A stretch of DNA of 63,718 nucleotides, the filler included, from Licmophora abbreviata (lineage: Eukaryota): the NCBI GenBank assembly GCA_900291995.1. It is 17 parts of 17 records of this genome, joined end to end, with 100 filler letters (N's around TTAATTAATTAA, not from the genome) between each part and the next. Parts side by side here need not be neighbours in the genome. Positions count along the whole stretch, not along the records: positions 31,358 to 36,669 come from OLMU01001158.1; positions 36,770 to 42,058 come from OLMU01001159.1; positions 42,159 to 45,408 come from OLMU01001160.1; 14 more parts are not named here. One strand, 5' to 3'. Shown here in pieces: positions 34,244-45,005 of this stretch (positions are counted from its first letter, which is position 1; each line of letters begins with the position of its first letter). A program made the position numbers and the translations under genes. Under the pieces are notes generated by a model, which saw nothing but the letters and a program-made list of their open reading frames with translations, had not been told where the DNA came from and did not search any database.

Positions 34244-35284
34244 TCAGTAATCTTTTTGCATGATCTGGCTTTTGGTCTCGAGTTTGTTGTCGTGCAGCCA
34301 GCGGCGGAAATCGGTCCAGTCGGGACGCGATTTCAGCTCGGCGATCTTGGCGCGGTGCCAGTCGCAGGCGCGGGTATGGAGCATCTTGAGCACCGGATCG
34401 GCGAGCAGCGCATCGAGCATCGGGCGGGCGCGTTCGGCATGGGGCAGGATGCTGTTATCCTGTGTGCGATTGACGTTCATGTCGGACCAGTAATGCTCGG
34501 ACTGTTCGCGTGCCACGTGATTGGTGCGACCGCGATCGCGCTTGACCAGAAAACTGTCGAGCGAGCGGACCGAATAGTGATGCAGCCGCGCATAGCGGTG
34601 GCTGAAGCCGGGCCAGGCCCGCCAGCTGACCTGTTGCATCGGGCGAAGGTTTCCGCCGCAATCGGACCAGCGGACATCATCCTCCAGCCCGTCGGGCACG
34701 GCCTTGGGGCGGTGGGGGTTATACTTGCGGAACAGCCCGTTGTTGCGAAACAGCGTCTTGAACCCGGTGGCGCGGCCATTGGCGGGATCGTCCTCGGCAT
34801 CGGCCAGAAGGAACTGGCGGGTCACGGGCGCGTCGCTATAGGCTTCGATGCCGCCGCAGCCGAAGAGTTTCCAGGTGAACGACACCGCGTCGCAATCGCC
34901 GATCCGGTCGTGGAACTCGTCCAGCGAGGTCAGTCCGGCGCGCAGGTTGATGAATTCGTCCACATCGAGGCACATTAGCCAGTCTGACTGCCTGACCCAA
35001 GGATGCGCCGCCGACCGGCGCAGCGCCTTGTGCTGAGGCGGGGAGCCGTCGCCCACGGGGTTCGGGCGGTGGCTGCAATATCCCAGTTCGTCCAGTCTTT
35101 GTGCGAGCAGGTCGGTGCCGTCTTCGCAATCATTGGTGAAGATCACGAATCCGGTGAAGCCGAGGGTGAGATTATGCGCGATCCATTCCAGAAGAAACGG
35201 TCCCTCGTTCTTCATGGTGGTCATTATGATGCGCGGTCCGCCGCTGGCCGGTGCGATGGGAAAGTCCGGGGTGCCGGTTTTCAT
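34244..35284 (-). CDS. GT2-like glycosyltransferase (paralogue)
   Basis: MKNEGPFLLEWIAH, NDCEDGT, DVDEF, TWKLFG, RLHHYS. Confidence 0.88.
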   Translation of the reverse strand: MKTGTPDFPIAPASGGPRIIMTTMKNEGPFLLEWIAHNLTLGFTGFVIFTNDCEDGTDLLAQRLDELGYCSHRPNPVGDGSPPQHKALRRSAAHPWVRQSDWLMCLDVDEFINLRAGLTSLDEFHDRIGDCDAVSFTWKLFGCGGIEAYSDAPVTRQFLLADAEDDPANGRATGFKTLFRNNGLFRKYNPHRPKAVPDGLEDDVRWSDCGGNLRPMQQVSWRAWPGFSHRYARLHHYSVRSLDSFLVKRDRGRTNHVAREQSEHYWSDMNVNRTQDNSILPHAERARPMLDALLADPVLKMLHTRACDWHRAKIAELKSRPDWTDFRRWLHDNKLETKSQIMQKDY

Positions 35285-36669
35285 TCTGCAGCCTGCTTTC
35301 TGAGTTTGCGGAAGGCTGTCCTTGCCCGTAGGGCCAGTTCGGGGCGTCCACGATCCTGAAGGTAGGACTCGAGCGATTTGCGATACCAGGGCAATCCGCG
35401 ACGCGCGCGGTAAAGGCTGTAGAACAAGTCCGGTGTCAATGTGTCGTCGATGGCATGCTGCATGATCGGCTTAAGAAGCTTGGCGCGGCGCAGGAACACC
35501 GGCGTGAAATGCCCGGTGCACCAGCTTTTGAGAAGATGCACGTTGTCGCCTTCGAGCCGTTCCACATGGCGGCGGTCGGGTTCGAAAAACGGGTCGTAGA
35601 GCACGAAGGCCTTGTCGATGTCGTCGATTTCGAAGGCGCCGTCGCTGAAGGGGAGCGACCAGTCGCGCTGGCGGCCCATGCGAAAGCGTTTTTCCCAAGG
35701 CACCAGCGTTTCGTCCAGCGTGGTCTGGGGGTTGAAGCTGATGATGGTGGCGCCGGGGGCGAGCGATGCGAAGGCGAGGGCGGCAAAGCCCCCCATGGAG
35801 GTGCCGGTCATGAAGACCTTGCCGAATTGTTTGAAGAATCCACTGGCGGCGAGGGTCTGCAGATGCTCGATCAGTTGCGGATCGCGGAACCAGTCCTTGC
35901 GCCGGGCCATGACGGACAGGTGCGAACAGTTGTTGTCGCGCACGAATTTGTAGGCCCAGGGTTCGCGGGTGAAGGACAGGTCATTGACGTTCGAGAGATT
36001 GTCGAAGGTCACGACAAGCCGGTCATCGTCGCGGCGGATGCAGACAAGCGCGTGATTGGCCAGCCGTGTATAGAACCCTTGCCGGTCGCCGCTGGTGTGG
36101 ATTTCCGCGAACCATGCTGGAAGGCCTGGGCCCTGGGCGGGCGTGCCGTCGGGCGTGTCTCCCAGACCGTCATCAGCCTCAGTGTCATCGGGCATGGACT
36201 CGGCCGGGCTGGTGGTCTCTTTGGCCGGTGACGGCGCGAGGATGACGGGCTCCGACATGCGCATGTCGTCCAGCGCGGCGCGTTCGCGGGCGCAAACCGC
36301 CTCTTGCGCGGCGGCGATGCCGGGCAGGGCAAGAAGAGCGGCGATCTGCGTGTCGATGGCGGCGCTATGGCTGGCAAGACCGGGGTCAGGCTCGGTCATG
36401 GCGGCGAAGCCCTGAAGGTGGGCCGTGAGGGTTGCGGAATCAGGTCTGTTTTTCTCGGGCAGGGCGTTTATGCGCAGCAGGTAGGTTTCGACCGAGGGCG
36501 CGGACAGTTTCAGGATCGTGGCCTTGTCGGTGCCGATCACGCCTTTTGCGTCGCTCCATGCCGCGCGGCTATAGGGGCGCGGCATGGCCTTGCCGCTGCC
36601 GTTGAACCATTTCGGGTCGGGCTTCTGGGCGGGACCTGTGGGCATATCCGGGGAGCGGGACGGGTAAAG
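35281..36669 (-). CDS. degenerate GT2-like domain fused to alpha/beta-hydrolase-like domain (5' end in gap)
   Basis: KWFNGSGKAMP...SVETYLLR mirrors the neighbouring GT2 C-halves. C-terminal LVVTFDN, GTSMGGFAAL, FNPQ, YDP and GH motifs. Confidence 0.7.
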   Translation of the reverse strand, partial: LYPSRSPDMPTGPAQKPDPKWFNGSGKAMPRPYSRAAWSDAKGVIGTDKATILKLSAPSVETYLLRINALPEKNRPDSATLTAHLQGFAAMTEPDPGLASHSAAIDTQIAALLALPGIAAAQEAVCARERAALDDMRMSEPVILAPSPAKETTSPAESMPDDTEADDGLGDTPDGTPAQGPGLPAWFAEIHTSGDRQGFYTRLANHALVCIRRDDDRLVVTFDNLSNVNDLSFTREPWAYKFVRDNNCSHLSVMARRKDWFRDPQLIEHLQTLAASGFFKQFGKVFMTGTSMGGFAALAFASLAPGATIISFNPQTTLDETLVPWEKRFRMGRQRDWSLPFSDGAFEIDDIDKAFVLYDPFFEPDRRHVERLEGDNVHLLKSWCTGHFTPVFLRRAKLLKPIMQHAIDDTLTPDLFYSLYRARRGLPWYRKSLESYLQDRGRPELALRARTAFRKLRKQAAE

Positions 36670-36987
36670 NNNNNNNNNNNNNNNNNNNNNNNNNNNNNNN
36701 NNNNNNNNNNNNNTTAATTAATTAANNNNNNNNNNNNNNNNNNNNNNNNNNNNNNNNNNNNNNNNNNNNTAATAACTCAGAGATTAGCTTAGTGTGCTAA
36801 GCTGTTCGTACGAACTTTAACGACGCCGAGTCCTCCATGACAGGACAGGCGCGTCGTGCCGGTCAACCCCAGCAAATTTCATGTCCACAGGTTACAGATG
36901 GGCCGCCTGTGTCTGGCGTGGTCTCCTCCGACCGGATGCTAAGCATCCTGGGGAGCTCCTTTCATCTAGTAAATCCTTCCTTCGTGA

Positions 36988-39900
36988 CTATCCCCGTTGC
37001 AGCCAGGTCCTCATTGTGCCCTGCATCGCTCCCGTCTCCGATAGTTCAGTCTCCTCGTAGGCCTCTCGTGCCAGCTGAATAGCGGCGACCCATGTCCGTT
37101 TTTCCTGGCCTGACATAGCTTCCACGGTCGACCTGCCCCGGAGGAGAAGGTGCCTATCGCGAGGGTACATATTCGCAGGTCCCATCTCAAATTGTGCATC
37201 AATTTCCATGGCAATTCCTTCGGCCTCCTCCAGTTTTAGACCGTGGGCGTCCCGTTCGTGTACCACTCCGTTGCGGTGTACCCACATCGAGTGCGACGCG
37301 GTGAGAAGATGCGTGACCAGCCCTGTCGCCCAGCCTCTTGCCGTCTTCTTGGAATTTCTCTCCATGTAATGTTCTCTTTGAATATCCCGCCAGGCTTTGG
37401 AGACCTTTCCCTCCAGCAGATTTTGCCAGCCGATCACATCTTGCTCGTGTGCAGCCTCGTAGAGCAGCCCTGTCGACTGGTTGCAATGCGTCGCAAACTT
37501 GGCCTCCTTGGTACGGTCCTTGAGAGTGTTGGTGATGCAGTGGCGAATATCTGGATGGGTGTCCTCTCCGTCCAGCCACGAATCGATACCAGCTACAATC
37601 CCTTCCCAGGTCGAATGGGCACGTTCGTCCGTGCATCGCAGTATGTGGGCGGTGTCTTCCGCTTCTTGTCCGCAGAGTGGACACAGGTTATTTTCCCATG
37701 CCCCCCAGCGCCGCATCATCACTCCCGTGGCGCAGAATCCGCTGATGAATTTCGTAGCCCAAAGACCGAACAGTGGTGCGAAACGATCAAAGGCGTCTCC
37801 GTTGGCTTCCCAATCAACTCGGTGAAACACGTCCTCCGCGAGGCGACCCTTATCCGCAAGATGGCATTTGAGTTTCTTGCCCCAAATGGAGCGCTTTACC
37901 CCGTCCTCTGGCGATGTCGTTGCCTTGCTTCCGTGTATCCAACAGCTCCATCCCTCTTGGCAGATCGTTTGTGGGACGGGCACATCGCGTAGGAACGTGT
38001 AGGAGTGCCGGAGGTATCGTTTTGCTGTCTCATCCATCTTGACGTTGAGCTGGGAGAGTCTCGAGAGGTCTTCATAGCGCAAGAGGTCGTCTTGGTGACC
38101 GTAGACGTGTTGGAAGGTGACCTGTATAGGGAGCTCTTCCTTGATGTGGCGTATTGCACGGATCAGGTCCACATGCTTCGTCCGCATTCCCAGTTTGAGC
38201 CAGTCTCCATTGGCGTAATTTACCCCCGCCTTGTTGTCGCATCCTACCGTGATGTGCCCCTTCGGTATAGTGTGTAATTGGCAGATGGCTTTCAAGCACA
38301 GCAGGAGAGCGTGGATGCCTTGGAGTTCGGAGCGGTAGGCGTTCACATCATTCGGCTGTCCGGAAGTTCTACACACCCCTCTTGCTTGAGTGCCCGTCGT
38401 GGAGTCCTCGATGATCCATGCCGCCGTGCCGAGATCTTCGCTCAAGTTTGGCATGAAGGAACCGTCACATGCTCCGCGTGCAGTGCCGTTGGTAATAGCC
38501 TCGACCAGCTCTCCCCAGTCAGCCGGAAAGTGGGTGACAGCCAGAGGCCAAGCGTCTTTCCAGGAATCAAGAAGTTGTCGAACCGAGGTGATCGTGGGCG
38601 GTGTGGGGAGGCGTGTAGGTGCCGCGCCTTCCAAAACGACCCGGTTGAGATGAGGGCGGAGCTTGACGGTCGCTCGGTGAAGGGGCTCGGGGGGTCCATT
38701 AGGCAGAGTCCCAATTCGACGGAACGAGGTCCTCCGCAGTCCCTGTTCGTTCGCCGGTGCATATTCGAACCAGGCGCCGTGCTTACAGTGGAAAAGACGT
38801 CGAAGGCGGGGTGAGTAGAACCAGTCCCATTCCTTGTGAGGTTCTGCTATCCAGGCCCCGAGTGTCCCTAGGGCTGGGAGGCGCATCGATTCCGTGGTGA
38901 CACGTCGCAGCACCTTACGCCAGGTGTTGATATCCGTTCTACCTGGCATTTCCCTTGGCCACTCCCATTTACTCGGACGGTCAGTGTCGGCTTGAGAGAG
39001 GAGGATTGCATCCGAGGATAAGCTTGTCCCGTCGCCCGTGGTCACATCCGCCAGCGTCATAGCCTCCCTGAATAGCCTGCAGCGGTTGAAGGAGCTGAGC
39101 TCTTGTTTAGAGAAGCTATCTGTTGACATAGCCAGTTCCATTAAAAACATGTCTCCCGTTCTCTGTAGTGTGGGAAGGACCTGAGGGCCTTGGAGGCGTA
39201 TGTCGTTATCCGACAAGAATTTCCACAGGCATTTCACCCAGCAGTCCGTCAGCAGGAAGCCCCAGGTCTCGTAGGGGGCTAGCAAGATCGGGCTACCTAT
39301 GCCCACCTCCATTTGTGCTTGCTCCAGCGAGGCGCGAAAGAGTTCCCCAGTGAGGGTAGGGATGTTACCGTGCGTCAACACTGTCTTGATGTGTTCTATT
39401 CCTTGGGAGGTGTAGATATGTGGGAGGTCCAGTCCCTGGAGACTGTGGGGGGCGTGTCTCAAGATGGCAGGGAACGAGCGGCAGAGTCCCAGTTTGCCCA
39501 GCAGTCCCTTGTAAAGGGGGGTCACGATACCGTGTGACTGTCGCTCTGTCAGGGTCGTAGCTGGGAGTGGGTAGCGTAGTGACGCCCAGATTACCGATCG
39601 GAGTCCTTGCCATGCCGCTCTCCGCGGGAGCCAGTTGTCGCCCAGCGCGTTAGCCCAGTCGGTGGTCTTGGCAGAGAGCGTCTCAATCTGTTTCTCCATG
39701 TTGCCGTCCCAGGCCTGGTCGACGCCGACAACCGTGATCGCCTCCTCGACTCCGACTCGTCGCACTTCCCCCAGGTGTCCCTCCGGATCGGGAACCGAGA
39801 TAGTGCCCGGAAAGTTGGTGTTGGCGTATTGCCATTTGCCTGCCACCCAGATGAAGGCGATCAAGCACCAAGAGCATTTTTCAGGTTTTAGGGCCCCGCC

Positions 39901-42670
39901 GGAGGCCCGCAGTACTCCATGCCATGCCGTCGCCGCCGCTTGCATCCTTGCTGTCACCGTCTCCGGGGATTCTCGGGCGTGTCGAGCCACCGTGATAAGG
40001 TCCGTGTCATCTACGAACAGGAAGCCGACAAAGGAGATAAGCGACTGGGAAAGGGCGCTGCGGAGTTCGGTGGAGTGGCCCTGTTCCTGTAACACTTGGA
40101 TCAGAACGATGCTGACCGCCATCCAGACGGCAGGTCCACCGCCGTTGCCTTGGCACGCGCCTTGGAACGGAATCTCACGTCTACCCCCGTAGAAGGCAGT
40201 GGAGTCGCCGAACGCCGTCCGTACGTAAAATTTCATCAGCTGGAGAGTGAGTAGCATGGTTACCACGGCGTGTGCCTCCACCCCCCAGCGCTGGCAACTG
40301 AGAGACGCAGCGGTGTGGGTAATGCGGTCATAGCACGTCTGAGCGTCCACCGAGGCGCACGCCGCGTTCCGGCGCTTCTGACGGAAGAGGTCGGCGGCGA
40401 ATCTTCGATTGAGTGCCACCTCGATTGCCTGGTGGTTCTTCCGACTCCCGTATGCCTCATTCGGAATCAGTTGATGTGTCTCAGCCCAGTCCATCATTCG
40501 GCTTCCGAAAATGGCCTTGTTGAAGAAATTGAAATCGGCCTCCATGAGTAGGATGGCTCGTAATTTGTCCACTCGGATGACGCCCTGCACTTTCTCCAGC
40601 ATAACGGACAGCCCAGCCTGCCACCGCGGGTAGCTGTGTCCCGTGTGACTAGCTATATCCGTGAAGAGAGCGTGGGTTTCGCTGATGAAGTCGTTCGTCG
40701 CGGCGGCTTTCCAGTGGCCAAAGTGGAGGCCCGAGATGGATGACGAAGTCTTCTCCCTCGCTTTCCTCCAGTACCCCTGGTAGTCCTGCATCGTGATCTC
40801 CGAGCGGACTCCCCTGCCGATGGTGTCTGGCCGCTTGAGTCCCTCAATGAAGAGTCGGGTGAATTGGTCAGTCTCGGGCGGGCACAGGAACTGGCCATCG
40901 AGAATCTTTTGGGCGTCCTCCGAAATGCCCAGGTAGCCTAGCCTGTCGCTGAACGGTGCTTGCATCAATGGGGTGTGTTCGGTGAGTCGGAACCGTTTGG
41001 TGTTGTTCGCCATGATATGGTGCTCCACTGACGCCTGGTCCTCGAAGGTCACCCATTCCCCTTCGTTTTCAACTTCTATCCTCCCCACGCTGCCGGCCTT
41101 GCGTTTCTTCAAGACGCGTTGGATGAGACGATAGGCCTCCCTTTGTCTCTCCTGTTGCAGTAATCGCGCCGCTGCCACTTGCTCCTCCTGTGATAGGGAG
41201 CCATCCGTATTATTCGCCCTCTCCTGTAGGAACGCCTGCCGGTATGGGCCGCTCTTGGGCTTTATCGCTCTCCAAGCACGGTCCGCCTCCAAAGCTGAAA
41301 GTTCCGCCTGGGCAAGGGTACAACTCAGTGGGGCGTGGAGATGGCAGAGCCTGGCCTTGCGCTGGATGGTAGACGAGTTAACTTTGCCCCCCTTCTTCTT
41401 CTTCACTATCAGTCTCCAGAGCAGTTTCGTCTGGCGCGCCTGATTTATCTCCGGGGAGAAGTCGATTTCTCCCATACGCAGGTGCCGGCAGCGTTTCTCG
41501 GCCGCGCGCATAATTTCAGTCCGAACTCGGTCCAGGCGGTTCAGGGAGTCGCGGTGGTCGGGCCCCAGCGCCGCGCCCCGGTGCCGGAAGATTTCATGTA
41601 GTTTCGGTAGCATGTTATGTCGAATGAAGTGCGACTCAACGTAGCTGTTGTATCTCTCGACGGACCTAGGGATAGAGCAAGCGAGCCGTCGGGCCTGAGG
41701 GCGCTCGATGCGGAGTACATCATCCCCTAGGAGAACTTCCGTGCGTATGTCGATAAGCCCGGTCCGGTGATCTGCCACTCCTTTGTCCACCGCCAGCCAG
41801 GCGCCTTGAAGAATCGGGAGGTCTGGGGTCACGAAGATGCCGTCGACTGGATACCGGCCGGATCGCCCGCCACGATTAAATGTGGGGGTGGTCGGCAGCG
41901 CATGGTGTCAGCCTTGGATACACTCTCTCATCTCCAATCCTGGTTCCGACAAAAGATGCTGTAACGGGCCAGAAAGTGTGCACTCGTTTGCATCCAGCAG
42001 TAGTATGAGTCGCTCCCCCTGCTGTCGCCACTGGCGCAACTGGGCCACCAGGTCCTCCNNNNNNNNNNNNNNNNNNNNNNNNNNNNNNNNNNNNNNNNNN
42101 NNTTAATTAATTAANNNNNNNNNNNNNNNNNNNNNNNNNNNNNNNNNNNNNNNNNNNNTTAAATGCTGCCCTCGGGTCACTCGAGCGGTGTAGCCGTCGC
42201 CAGTGTCTTTCCTGTTGGTTGTATGTCGTAAGTAGCTGCGCGGGGGCCGACCTGCAAGGCTGGTACGCCGCCACCACTCTCGTCACAACTCCGGCTTTCC
42301 CGTGAAATCGCATCCACGCCCATCTTCCGAGGCCCGATGGATCCTTCCCTGACTGAGTGGCTCTCGCCGCGGTCTGCCCGAATGCCAAGATAAAGGTCCC
42401 CCCTCGCTGACGTCGCCCGGTCGATTCATTGCTGTTGTGAGCTGCCGAGACCTTGAGTGCCGTTTCCGTTCGAAATAGCTGTGGTAATCTTCCTGGAGCC
42501 GGCATCCTGGTCCAGTCCAGACCGGCTTCACAACCGGCGATGATGTCAGGTCCCCACTGTCTTGCGAATGCCTTGAGGGCCAGCACCTTGGGGTTATTGA
42601 CAACTCTCGCTGGGAAGTTGTCGATGTTCGCGAAGGCGAGCCGCGTCGTCCCCGGCGGTCTGGCGGACAT
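36988..42670 (-). pseudogene. LINE ORF2 polyprotein (APE endonuclease, RT, RNase H, CCHC) with in-frame TGA at 41908-41910
   Basis: APE: RLAFANIDN, GCEAG, GLGRW, AYQPC | gap | LLDANE, PTFNRG..VDGIF, ADHR. RT: KLRAILLMEADFN, YGSRK, DAQTCYDRI, QGNGGGP, FVDD (40006-40017). RNase H (about 38020-38480): ACDGS, RSELQG, CDNK, HVYGHQD, NVKMD. Zn motif CPLC...H...C (about 37633-37684). Confidence 0.9.
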
Positions 42671-42846
42671 GTCGTCCCCGAAGTCCTCATGCGGGGGTAT
42701 TCCGACCGGTATCAGTTGTTGAGCTCCGGGGTCATGCCTGCTTGTGGCTGTCCGTCTCCTCTTGCCTCGCTTTCCTCTGTGCGCTCTCCTCGCACCTCCT
42801 GCCCGTTCCGTCTCCTCCTCCTTCGTTCGTTTCCTTCCCTTCGTTA

Positions 42847-43050
42847 TTAAAGCCTGGGTTCGCTTTCACTGTGTCTGTTGATTCTTCCGCTAATAACATT
42901 ATCACTAGAGCGGGGGTTAGTAGATCCGGTCGGCCGGTCCACAACTGGCTGGATATCTGTTCCAAGTGTCGCCCTACCCTCCCTCGTAAAGTAATTCGTC
43001 AGCAGAGGCTGCCATGATGAAGCCGCCTCCGCCTCACGTGCTGCTAACAT
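42847..43050 (-). CDS. short inter-ORF peptide, possible true N-terminus of ORF2
   Basis: ATG overlaps the ORF1 stop (ATGTTAG). Contains QPLLTNYF. Ends in the 16-nt zone where the ORF2 frame opens. Confidence 0.4.
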   Translation of the reverse strand: MLAAREAEAASSWQPLLTNYFTREGRATLGTDIQPVVDRPTGSTNPRSSDNVISGRINRHSESEPRL

Positions 43051-45005
43051 GATCCCTCGGAGGACCCTTGGCCCTCGGTTGCGGCTGCTCCCATCGGGTC
43101 CGTCGCCATCGTGGGGTCTGTTGCCGTCGTCGCCGCCGTGAGTGGGAGACTGGGTTCCGTGGTGCGGAGTAGCATGTTCATCATGCGATCCAGTTTCGAG
43201 TCCAGGTTCTCCAGGGAGGATTCGAGGACCGAAACTCTCGACACCACGCTGGCATCATCAGGCGGGGCTTTCGGACGGGGTTTGGGCTGGTTGACGTGGG
43301 TCGGGGCCGTGGGGTTGGATGCCGTGTGTCCGCCGAAGGTCGAGAGCGTCGCGTCCGTTCCGTCGAAGTTGAACGCCGGGATCTGGATAGATTCAATAGG
43401 TGGCTGCAGCTGCTGTAGCCCTGGACGTTGGAGGTCGGGGGGGTTTGCTCCGAAGGGGGTTGCCGCTTGGATCCAGTCGCACATGGTCGCGGCATCGTCT
43501 GCCTCATCAAGTTCCATTTCCATCAACGTGATGGGGCGATTCGTCACTGGGTGCCACTTGGTAGCCACCGCCTCCGCCTGCGCTTCTGGGGTGAACCACT
43601 TCAACGCCTCGTCTCCCCAGTCCCTCAAGAGATACGCGCCTAGGCACGACAGTCGTTCCCTGGCTTCTCCTTCCCACTGCTTGGGGAAGTAGACAGTGAA
43701 TCCTCCCCTCCATGCCGCCTCCGCCGTCATGAAGATCCTCTTGCTTCCGTCCTCCGTCGTCATTGCCATGAGCAGCTCGCGAAGTGTCTTGCCGCCCAGA
43801 CCGGCCGCGGGGCGGTCAATGGCGTCGCATTCAAAAAGGGTGAGCTCGCCCAGACTGGATAGTGCTTGACCCTGCTTAAGTACCGCCGCCGCCAGCTTGG
43901 TGCGCTCGGCCCTGGTTGCGTTTTTGTTAAAGCGGGGGATCACCCGCATGGGGAGGTTACAGACGGCTTTGAACTGTTCGGACTTAAGAACCATCCGGAG
44001 CTTCCTGGCGCCTTCCTTCTCCTGGCCCCGTTTGAACTCAATATGGATGCCCTTTGTGCCCTTCTTAGTCTTACTGTTGCCGGCGCCTTTGTCTCTCATG
44101 GCTTTCGTCGTACCGTCCCAAATGAAGGAGCTCCTTAATCCCATTTTGATCTGCTCCTCCTCCCTCAATCGCGGTAGACCGCGCTCTACCTTGGTCAGTG
44201 CGTTGATTTGTTCCTCAAAGAATTCACGCCAGTAGTCGCAGTCCAGGAATTGTGGGGCCAAGAGCAACCAACCATAGGAAACTGTGAAAGCCGTTTGCAA
44301 GGACTTTCGGAACATCTTCGTCGACGACGTCTCCAAGCAGTCACGGAGATTTGCTCTGAAGTTGTCCTCATCGTCGTCGAAGCCGATCCTGACCGAGAGA
44401 TACTGGACGCTTCCGTCGGTTTTGGCACGGAGGTTAGAGACGTATTTCTGCATCTTCGTGATGACTTGTGGGAGAGCGTTAGGTTTCGTCCATGCATCCT
44501 TCTCCGATTTGTCCTGCTGGTCAAAGGTGTAAACGAGGAACGAGTCGTCGAGTTCTTGCATCGATCGGAACCACTTCTTGAGTGCCGTCGCCACCGCCAA
44601 CACTCCGTTCGTATCCTTCTCTCCTCTTAGACTGAGGTCGTAGAACACCGTGTTCTTCCGCTGGAGGTCGGCTGCAAAGACTTGAGCCAAACGCTTAGTG
44701 CCGTTCGTGGCGACTTCTGTGGCTACGCTGCCGTCTTCACCGGTGTCCTTGTCCGAGGTTTTGGTATCCGACACCACGTTGGCGTACGTCGGGGCCGTGG
44801 GTGTGTCCTCCCCTAGGTGGTGGGGGTTCGCCGTGGTCATGGTCGCTGATGGAGGGGTCTTCATCCAGTCCGTCGTCGTCGCCAGCTGAGCCGGGATCTT
44901 TTTCTTCTTTTTCGCCGCGTCGCGGAGCTTCTCCTTTGCGGAGAGGGCCGTGCCCCGCTTTTGCGGACCTGTTTCTTTTGCCTTGAGTGCCTGGAGGATC
45001 GTCAT
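43044..45005 (-). CDS. LINE ORF1 protein
   Basis: 653-codon open frame from ATG 45005, directly upstream of ORF2. Basic N-terminus (KKKKK) and C-terminal coiled coil (VSVLESSLENLDSKLDRMMNML). Confidence 0.8.
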   Translation of the reverse strand: MTILQALKAKETGPQKRGTALSAKEKLRDAAKKKKKIPAQLATTTDWMKTPPSATMTTANPHHLGEDTPTAPTYANVVSDTKTSDKDTGEDGSVATEVATNGTKRLAQVFAADLQRKNTVFYDLSLRGEKDTNGVLAVATALKKWFRSMQELDDSFLVYTFDQQDKSEKDAWTKPNALPQVITKMQKYVSNLRAKTDGSVQYLSVRIGFDDDEDNFRANLRDCLETSSTKMFRKSLQTAFTVSYGWLLLAPQFLDCDYWREFFEEQINALTKVERGLPRLREEEQIKMGLRSSFIWDGTTKAMRDKGAGNSKTKKGTKGIHIEFKRGQEKEGARKLRMVLKSEQFKAVCNLPMRVIPRFNKNATRAERTKLAAAVLKQGQALSSLGELTLFECDAIDRPAAGLGGKTLRELLMAMTTEDGSKRIFMTAEAAWRGGFTVYFPKQWEGEARERLSCLGAYLLRDWGDEALKWFTPEAQAEAVATKWHPVTNRPITLMEMELDEADDAATMCDWIQAATPFGANPPDLQRPGLQQLQPPIESIQIPAFNFDGTDATLSTFGGHTASNPTAPTHVNQPKPRPKAPPDDASVVSRVSVLESSLENLDSKLDRMMNMLLRTTEPSLPLTAATTATDPTMATDPMGAAATEGQGSSEGSC

